Shown here in pieces: positions 60,173 to 64,000 of a stretch of 64,000 nucleotides of DNA (positions are counted from its first letter, which is position 1; each line of letters starts with the position of its first letter). The notes under the pieces are model-generated. The model made no database searches. It had not been told where the DNA came from and saw only the letters and a list, made by a program, of their open reading frames with translations. Source of the DNA: a plasmid; the NCBI RefSeq assembly GCF_053078305.1, contig NZ_CP166875.1; one strand, given 5' to 3'. The position numbers and the translations under genes were made by a program.

Positions 60173-61446
60173 TGTTTGCACTGGCTGATATCAACAGTTT
60201 CTACGCCTCATGTGAAAAAGTTTTCCGCCCGGACCTTCGCAACGAACCGGTCATCGTACTCAGCAATAACGATGGCTGTGTGATCGCGCGCAGCCCGGAG
60301 GCAAAAGCCCTTGGCATCAGAATGGGGCAGCCCTTGTTTCAGGTGAGACAAATGCGCCTGGAGAAGAAAATACATGTATTTTCCAGCAATTATGCGCTGT
60401 ACCACAGCATGAGCCAACGGGTCATGGCTGTTCTGGAGTCGCTTTCTCCCGCAGTTGAGCCCTACTCAATTGATGAAATGTTTATTGATTTGCGGGGGAT
60501 AAATCATTGCATCTCTCCGGAGTTTTTTGGTCATCAGCTCAGGGAACAGGTAAAGAGCTGGACAGGACTCACCATGGGGGTGGGCATTGCGCCTACAAAA
60601 ACGCTGGCTAAAAGTGCACAGTGGGCAACAAAGCAATGGCCACAGTTTTCCGGTGTGGTCGCGCTGACGGCAGAAAACCGTAATCGGATCTTGAAGCTAC
60701 TGGGACTGCAGCCAGTTGGTGAGGTCTGGGGAGTAGGACACAGACTGACGGAAAAGCTGAATGCGCTGGGTATTAACACAGCACTGCAGCTGGCGCAGGC
60801 TAACACGGCATTCATCCGGAAAAACTTCAGCGTCATTCTTGAGCGTACGGTACGCGAACTCAACGGCGAGTCCTGCATATCCCTGGAAGAAGCACCACCG
60901 GCAAAACAGCAGATTGTCTGTAGTCGCAGTTTTGGTGAACGAATCACAGACAAAGATGCCATGCACCAGGCTGTTGTTCAGTATGCAGAGCGGGCCGCAG
61001 AGAAACTACGTGGGGAGCGTCAGTATTGCCGGCAGGTGACGACATTTGTACGGACATCCCCCTTTGCAGTAAAAGAACCCTGTTACAGCAATGCCGCTGT
61101 GGAAAAGCTTCCATTGCCCACACAGGACAGCCGGGACATTATTGCCGCCGCATGCAGAGCCTTAAACCATGTCTGGCGTGAAGGGTACCGCTATATGAAG
61201 GCAGGAGTCATGCTGGCTGATTTCACACCATCGGGTATAGCGCAGCCGGGATTATTTGATGAAATCCAGCCCCGTAAAAACAGTGAAAAGTTAATGAAAA
61301 CACTCGATGAACTGAACCAGTCGGGAAAAGGGAAAGTGTGGTTTGCGGGGCGAGGAACCGCCCCTGAATGGCAAATGAAACGGGAAATGTTGAGTCAGTG
61401 TTATACAACTAAATGGCGAGATATTCCCCTGGCCAGGCTGGGTTAG
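60172..61446 (+). CDS. impB: ImpB/UmuC-like Y-family DNA polymerase
   Basis: 424 aa, MFALADINSFYASCE N-terminus typical of UmuC. Confidence 0.85.
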   Translation: MFALADINSFYASCEKVFRPDLRNEPVIVLSNNDGCVIARSPEAKALGIRMGQPLFQVRQMRLEKKIHVFSSNYALYHSMSQRVMAVLESLSPAVEPYSIDEMFIDLRGINHCISPEFFGHQLREQVKSWTGLTMGVGIAPTKTLAKSAQWATKQWPQFSGVVALTAENRNRILKLLGLQPVGEVWGVGHRLTEKLNALGINTALQLAQANTAFIRKNFSVILERTVRELNGESCISLEEAPPAKQQIVCSRSFGERITDKDAMHQAVVQYAERAAEKLRGERQYCRQVTTFVRTSPFAVKEPCYSNAAVEKLPLPTQDSRDIIAAACRALNHVWREGYRYMKAGVMLADFTPSGIAQPGLFDEIQPRKNSEKLMKTLDELNQSGKGKVWFAGRGTAPEWQMKREMLSQCYTTKWRDIPLARLG

Positions 61447-61447
61447 T

Positions 61448-61864
61448 TCAGTCATCTCCGAACATATTTTCAGCGTTTCTTCTGGTCTGGTCTTCACCGT
61501 CATTTCTCGACAGACTCTGCTCTGTAAGAGGAGTACTGCAATCCACAGACGTATGGAGACCAGATTGTTTTTCCAGTAATTCAAGCAATTTCTTTTCAAC
61601 CGAAAAAGCACCTGGTATCACGCTGGAAATCACCTTATTAATATCATCCAGAGTCGTATTTTCTGTCAGTAACTCCGATATCAGCAAAGGAAGACGTTTA
61701 TCTATAGCTGCAAACGCCGCACCAGTAACTAACATCGCGCGCATGAAACGTCCCCGCTCCTTCAGTTTTTCATTTGCAATGAGCTCATCTGCTATCTTAT
61801 CTCCTGTCCGTTCATCCGGGAAAAGTTCAAATGAGCAGCGTCTGGATTTATTTTCATCACTCAT
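61448..61864 (-). CDS. parR: ParR/StbB centromere-binding adaptor
   Basis: 138 aa downstream of parM, similar to R1 ParR. Confidence 0.7.
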   Translation of the reverse strand: MSDENKSRRCSFELFPDERTGDKIADELIANEKLKERGRFMRAMLVTGAAFAAIDKRLPLLISELLTENTTLDDINKVISSVIPGAFSVEKKLLELLEKQSGLHTSVDCSTPLTEQSLSRNDGEDQTRRNAENMFGDD

Positions 61865-62837
61865 TAGTCACACCACCTTTCATTTTTATCATTCCCATGA
61901 CTAAATCAAACTGCGGGGATGAGCTCAGATAAAAGCGCTCATCAGGAACCTTAGTCAGGTTCTTCACAGCCTCGGCCACAATTTCAGCCCCACCACCAAC
62001 ACACATTACATGTGTATAGTCGGTGAAACGGCTGATGACATCATTAACTCGTTTAATAAGCAACTTCTGCCGTTCATTGATAACATTAATGATAGACTCA
62101 CGCTGTTCAGCATTATAAATGCGACGGGAAAGGTAGTCAGGTTCATTACGGTGCACAATGATATTGTCAGCCTGGAATGAGCTCACTCTTGTATTAGCAT
62201 GTACAGCCATCTGTTCCTTAACCCCGGATGTAATCAGGGACACGCCGATATTCGGATCACACCAGGTTTTTGTAATCCCTGTCATTTTGCTACGAACATG
62301 CGACACATCAAGAGTTGTACCACCGAGATCTACGATCAAAAGGGATTCATCATCCTCAAGCCCCGCAAGAACACTGAAACCAGCGGGAATACTTTCAGGA
62401 AGAACGGAAACACTGCGAATAACAAATGCATCACTCCCCTGCACCCGTACTTCACGCATCACATTTTTTTTCTTTCTTTCAATGTTTTGCTTATTTTTCT
62501 GATTGTTGGCGTCAAGGTATTCAGAGATCGGCAATGTGACGATGACATCAACAGGCTGCGCTTTCAGGCCGGTCTGCTGTAGCGCATGCTGAATGGCCAC
62601 AACATTCACATCACTGTACTGATAGCGTGTTTCAGTCGTTACGACAGCATCAGCACTTAATGGATCAAATGAAAACTTCTCGCCGTCGATCTCGTAATTA
62701 GCCGGGGCAGCATCATCCAGTAAACTAAAAGACCATTCCGGTTTAAAGCTGTTAGGGCTGATTAACGTTTTCACGTCACCATCCTCCAACCAGGCAAGTT
62801 TAATGTTGGTAGAACCATCATCAATAAAGATTTTCAT
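61857..62837 (-). CDS. parM: ParM/StbA actin-like segregation ATPase
   Basis: MKIFIDDGSTNIKLAW... clear similarity to R1 ParM. Confidence 0.85.
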   Translation of the reverse strand: MKIFIDDGSTNIKLAWLEDGDVKTLISPNSFKPEWSFSLLDDAAPANYEIDGEKFSFDPLSADAVVTTETRYQYSDVNVVAIQHALQQTGLKAQPVDVIVTLPISEYLDANNQKNKQNIERKKKNVMREVRVQGSDAFVIRSVSVLPESIPAGFSVLAGLEDDESLLIVDLGGTTLDVSHVRSKMTGITKTWCDPNIGVSLITSGVKEQMAVHANTRVSSFQADNIIVHRNEPDYLSRRIYNAEQRESIINVINERQKLLIKRVNDVISRFTDYTHVMCVGGGAEIVAEAVKNLTKVPDERFYLSSSPQFDLVMGMIKMKGGVTNE

Positions 62838-63100
62838 AACCAGTCTCCGTTGCTCATAAACAAATAGAAAAAACAAACATGCTTCATACATGCAATGTAT
62901 ATTTAATTATAATGAAAAAATGGTCTTTCTGAAAGGAGAAATACAACATAAAAACACGATAAATTGCATGTGCATTGTACACACAACTTTAAGACCAGAG
63001 GAAATCATAGATACAAAAACATTATGAAGGTTATATGTAATACATAAATGCAATATAAAAACATCTTTGACATCATGGTTCAGGTTAAGGGAAAAGGAAT
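62838..63100. promoter_or_regulatory. candidate parC-like centromere/promoter region
   Basis: AT-rich region upstream of parM with reiterated ATGCAAT/ACATGC motifs. Confidence 0.35.
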
Positions 63101-63250
63101 GACATGGTGAAACTGAGAGGAAAGGAAAGCGGTGACGAATCATGTCACCATAAACAGAAAGATGTCTAATGGGGACTCTTTAGGTACGTGAAGAATCCCC
63201 ATAACGCATTTAAAAGACACACATCAGATACCCTTAAGGTATCCGATAGT

Positions 63251-63559
63251 TTATTGACCTATTGCACCATCACGTTCAAGCTTCTCTCTTATAGCCTCAA
63301 TAATATATGAGCTAAAATCCAGAGATGTTTTACTGGTCGCTTTAAGTTCCGCATGAGCTTCAAAATACGACAGCGGTATGGCCTTAAGATTCTTAGCCTT
63401 CGTCCTGGCAGCCACGGGACGACCTGAAACTTCCTCTGCACCTTCATTTGGCTGAGACGGGGCTGTTGCTGTTACGGCAGAAGAAGAAGTTTGTAATCTG
63501 GCAGAATCCACCAGGTTTTTCAGTTTTTCAGCCTGTGCACTAAATTTCGCTTTGCTCAT
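63251..63559 (-). CDS. candidate ribbon-helix-helix partition protein (ParG-like)
   Basis: 102 aa, C-terminal pattern consistent with RHH fold; inference only. Confidence 0.35.
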   Translation of the reverse strand: MSKAKFSAQAEKLKNLVDSARLQTSSSAVTATAPSQPNEGAEEVSGRPVAARTKAKNLKAIPLSYFEAHAELKATSKTSLDFSSYIIEAIREKLERDGAIGQ

Positions 63560-63645
63560 GAGATAACCAAGGATGTTTGTTAGATACTTAAAAGATATCC
63601 ATTAAAAGCCCAAAGGATACTATATGGATACCCAATAGATACACC

Positions 63646-64000
63646 TTACTGTTTGTTATTTTCAATCAGATGATTGATTTCTTCGATCAGGGCAATAACT
63701 TCCTTACCTCCTGCCGAATAGCGCCCATGAACAGACTCAGTGATTCCCATCCCAGTCTCAATGACATCCTCAAATTCTGCACGAGCAGAAATGCGGCTCT
63801 TCATCAGTTTCAGATGTTTGAACGATGGCAGGATTGCATCAAGCTTAGGGAATTTCTTCTTGTTAGGATTAACTTTACAGAGATACAGGTGAGCAGTTAT
63901 ATCGGTCCCCATGATAGAGCTGATTTCGTCCAGTACTCCATCAAAATGCATCAAACCAATACGTTCAGTCAGGGAGTCTTTTGAAGGGACAATAACGCAG
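63646..64000 (-). CDS. candidate ParA-type ATPase, C-terminal part (N-terminus outside window)
   Basis: C-terminal sequence pattern resembles ParA/ParF; open to window edge. Confidence 0.35.
   Translation of the reverse strand, partial: CVIVPSKDSLTERIGLMHFDGVLDEISSIMGTDITAHLYLCKVNPNKKKFPKLDAILPSFKHLKLMKSRISARAEFEDVIETGMGITESVHGRYSAGGKEVIALIEEINHLIENNKQ

Overview
This window reads as a 64-kb segment of an F-like (IncF) conjugative plasmid from Enterobacteriaceae; all calls are made by reading the ORF translations against remembered F/R100 protein sequences and gene order, with no database search run. Positions 1-34410 carry a near-complete F-type transfer operon on the + strand (traK' through finO), with three non-canonical small-ORF islets inside it (traR-traC, traU-trbC, traT-traD). 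Positions 35.5-38.9 kb hold a nuclease, the srnB type I toxin and an IncFII replicon (copB, copA, tap, repA1, oriR). Positions 39.1-42.4 kb are a toxin-antitoxin cluster (higBA-like, parDE-like, vagCD) bracketed by a duplicated 270-bp segment. A compact Tn3-family transposon (42834-46733) interrupts an IS66-family element (46734-~48060). Positions 48.3-59.1 kb are a leading-region-type block on the - strand (hok/mok, psiA, psiB, parB-like nuclease, ssb, klcA-like anti-restriction, orphan adenine methyltransferase, several hypotheticals) with two copies of a GC-rich hairpin repeat; it is inverted relative to the tra operon. The window ends with impCAB (SOS mutagenesis), parMR and a partial second partition locus. 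No rRNA, tRNA or CRISPR array was seen. The best candidates for undescribed biology are the islet inserted after traU (bounded by a duplicated traU 3' end), a recurring ~72-bp structured element that sits right after the stop codon of two unrelated accessory ORFs, and the uncharacterised co-oriented genes around klcA and the methyltransferase. None of these can be assigned a function from sequence alone.
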